Below are positions 62,455 to 64,000 of a stretch of 64,000 nucleotides of DNA, piece after piece. The stretch is from positions 2,296 through 66,295 of the forward strand of contig JAAZOT010000043.1 of assembly GCA_012797605.1 (NCBI GenBank), read 5' to 3'. The notes beneath the pieces are model-generated. The model was not told the origin of the DNA. It did not search any database and saw only the letters and a program-made list of their open reading frames with translations. Origin of the DNA: Spirochaetales bacterium (GTDB taxonomy: Bacteria > Spirochaetota > JAAYUW01). Positions within the stretch are counted from its first letter, which is position 1, and each line of letters opens with the position of its first letter. The translations under genes and the position numbers were made by a program.

Positions 62455-64000
62455 TTAATCTGAAAGTGATCTTATTGAATATTCAAGTTGATCTATCAAG
62501 TCTTCTGAGATAATCGATTCTTCTGCTATATTTTTATTATAAAAATCAAAAGCCAGTTGATCTTGAATCGCAAGTAAAATTTTTGCGGCATCAGCTATTT
62601 TATAGTTAGAAAGCAGTGTTGCAAATACTCCGGCAATAAAATCACCAGTTCCAGCTTTTGAAAATCCAGAAAAACAACCATTGTTACAAAAAATACCTTC
62701 TTCACATATAAAGTGACTTATATAATCTTTCATTAATAGTCCATCTAAAAGATTAAGGTTGAAAAAAAGTTTCCCTTTATTAAGAAAAGAAATCTTATCT
62801 ATTTTCTCTTTTGCATAATCATCTTCCATTATATTATTTGGCATCCTTTTATTTTGATTAATGTTTTCATCAATAAAATTAATATAAGAATCAAATAATC
62901 TTTCAAACTCCTTTTTATGAGGTGTAAAAACCAATCGAGCTTTTCTATTTTCAGCTGTTTTTGTAAATTTTACAAATTCCTTAGCAATAATATTTAGGCC
63001 GTCTCCATCTATTAAAATATTTATTTTTTTATCTATGATTCTATTTAATATATTAAAAAAAAGATCATTATTAAGACCAAATCCGCAGCCAATTAATACG
63101 GTATCAGTAAATTCTTTTATGCTCTTGCTCAAAATCTTTTCAAAATCAGATAAATCTGAATTATTTTCAAAAGGAATAGTTATTATATATGGCATAGATA
63201 CTTTACAAAAAGACTCATATTCTTTTTTTAAGCAAAGATAAACATATCCAGCGCCTGTTTTTATTGCAGATTTACATGCGATTATTGGGGCACCAAGAGT
63301 AGATATGGAACTTGACATTACAAATACTCTACCAAAATCGCCTTTATGCGAAGAAAAACTCCTTTTTTTTAAGATTCTTTTTATATCATTTAATTCTATA
63401 AGTTCTAACTTTTTATTGTCATTATCTTTAATAACTTGAAAAGGTTTTTCGTCTTCCTTTTCAAAATAGGAAGGATCTGGCATATCACAATCAATGATCT
63501 TATAAGATAATGAATATTTTCTATTCTCAGATGAGAAAAATTCTGCTTTCGCCCATTGAAGCATCAATGTTATGTCAGTTTTTAGTACCTTTTCGGAAAT
63601 TTCCGCACATCCAGTAGGTAGATCGATAGAGATTACAAACGAATAGTTTTCCTTATATTTTTCTATAAATTCAATTCTTTTTAATAATTTTTTGTCTATA
63701 GGGTTTTTTAAGCCTATTCCAGTAATTCCATCTATTAAAAATGGACTATTAATTGCTTTTTGAATTTGATCACTTAAATTCTTAGTATCATTTAAAATAG
63801 ATTCTATTGTTTCATCATCTATCTTAAGAAAAGAGATATTATGAAAGTTTAGATTTTTTAAGAGTCTTTCTTGATATATTCTTAAATCTGTTTTTCCTTC
63901 TCCAAAGGTAAGGAGATTTATCTTATAACTTTTTTTTAAGGCCAATTTCCTTACGACTGCAAGTGCATCACCACCATTGTTCCCAGCACCAACTAAAACT
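62455..64000 (-). CDS. nnr: Bifunctional NAD(P)H-hydrate repair enzyme (epimerase/dehydratase), 5' end outside window
   Basis: The frame stays open past the tracked Met to the window edge and reads ..VLVGAGNNGGDALAVVRKL (YjeF-N epimerase motif). The C-terminal half has SHKGDFGRV and AGTGDFIAGV (dehydratase motifs). Confidence 0.8.
   Translation of the reverse strand, partial: VLVGAGNNGGDALAVVRKLALKKSYKINLLTFGEGKTDLRIYQERLLKNLNFHNISFLKIDDETIESILNDTKNLSDQIQKAINSPFLIDGITGIGLKNPIDKKLLKRIEFIEKYKENYSFVISIDLPTGCAEISEKVLKTDITLMLQWAKAEFFSSENRKYSLSYKIIDCDMPDPSYFEKEDEKPFQVIKDNDNKKLELIELNDIKRILKKRSFSSHKGDFGRVFVMSSSISTLGAPIIACKSAIKTGAGYVYLCLKKEYESFCKVSMPYIITIPFENNSDLSDFEKILSKSIKEFTDTVLIGCGFGLNNDLFFNILNRIIDKKINILIDGDGLNIIAKEFVKFTKTAENRKARLVFTPHKKEFERLFDSYINFIDENINQNKRMPNNIMEDDYAKEKIDKISFLNKGKLFFNLNLLDGLLMKDYISHFICEEGIFCNNGCFSGFSKAGTGDFIAGVFATLLSNYKIADAAKILLAIQDQLAFDFYNKNIAEESIISEDLIDQLEYSIRSLSD

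Noticed and set aside
1-64000. Mobile elements, prophage, genomic island boundaries, tRNA/rRNA genes
   Set aside because: No transposase, integrase or phage-like ORFs were found. There are no long terminal inverted or direct repeats and no GC-rich tRNA-sized segments. The only GC-rich non-coding patches are the riboswitch, the leader hairpin and the two G-rich elements.

Overview
Visibly AT-rich, densely coding chromosomal segment with about 60 CDS. I found no rRNA or tRNA genes, no transposase or integrase, and no CRISPR array. The gene content fits an anaerobic, low-GC, probably spirochaete-like bacterium: two FlaA-type flagellar sheath paralogues and spirochaete-style lipoboxes (..FLSC / ..FISC). 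This taxonomic guess is inference only. The window is mostly core metabolism and bioenergetics:
- a partial EF-G paralogue, aroE, an M42 peptidase, CoA-transferase A/B, queD and a sirtuin;
- an Nqr/Rnf-type membrane redox pump operon;
- an oxidative-stress set (rubrerythrin, desulfoferrodoxin, ferritin-like protein);
- a methionine operon (DUF39-ferredoxin homocysteine enzyme, UPF0280, split MetH, MetF);
- panD, flaA x2, hutU, fba and an ndk-like gene;
- nrdDG behind a cobalamin riboswitch;
- a five-gene signalling block (kinase-like/helical-repeat protein, GGDEF, 2 BMP binding proteins, hybrid histidine kinase) and a 7TMR-DISM chemoreceptor;
- a small surface/phosphoesterase cluster and an ABC importer;
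- a membrane pyrophosphatase and a trimeric [FeFe]-hydrogenase;
- mtgA, a NifS-like desulfurase, murJ and nnr (partial).
The items most worth a second look:
1. The nqrBCDEF-like operon has Rnf-sized B/C subunits and a true NqrF, but no A/RnfC/RnfB subunit. It ends in an unassigned 152-aa ORF.
2. An exact 26-nt G-rich element occurs in two unrelated spacers. One copy lies in the queD leader, where its complement could mask the ribosome-binding site.
3. A 68-nt GC-rich rod-like hairpin sits in the leader of the methionine/homocysteine operon and matches no riboswitch class I recognise.
4. A degenerate kinase-like protein is translationally overlapped with a GGDEF protein, next to BMP-BMP-hybrid kinase genes.
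5. HydB lacks the Fe-S accessory domains seen in characterised electron-bifurcating enzymes.
All functional calls come from motif recognition by eye. No searches were run.
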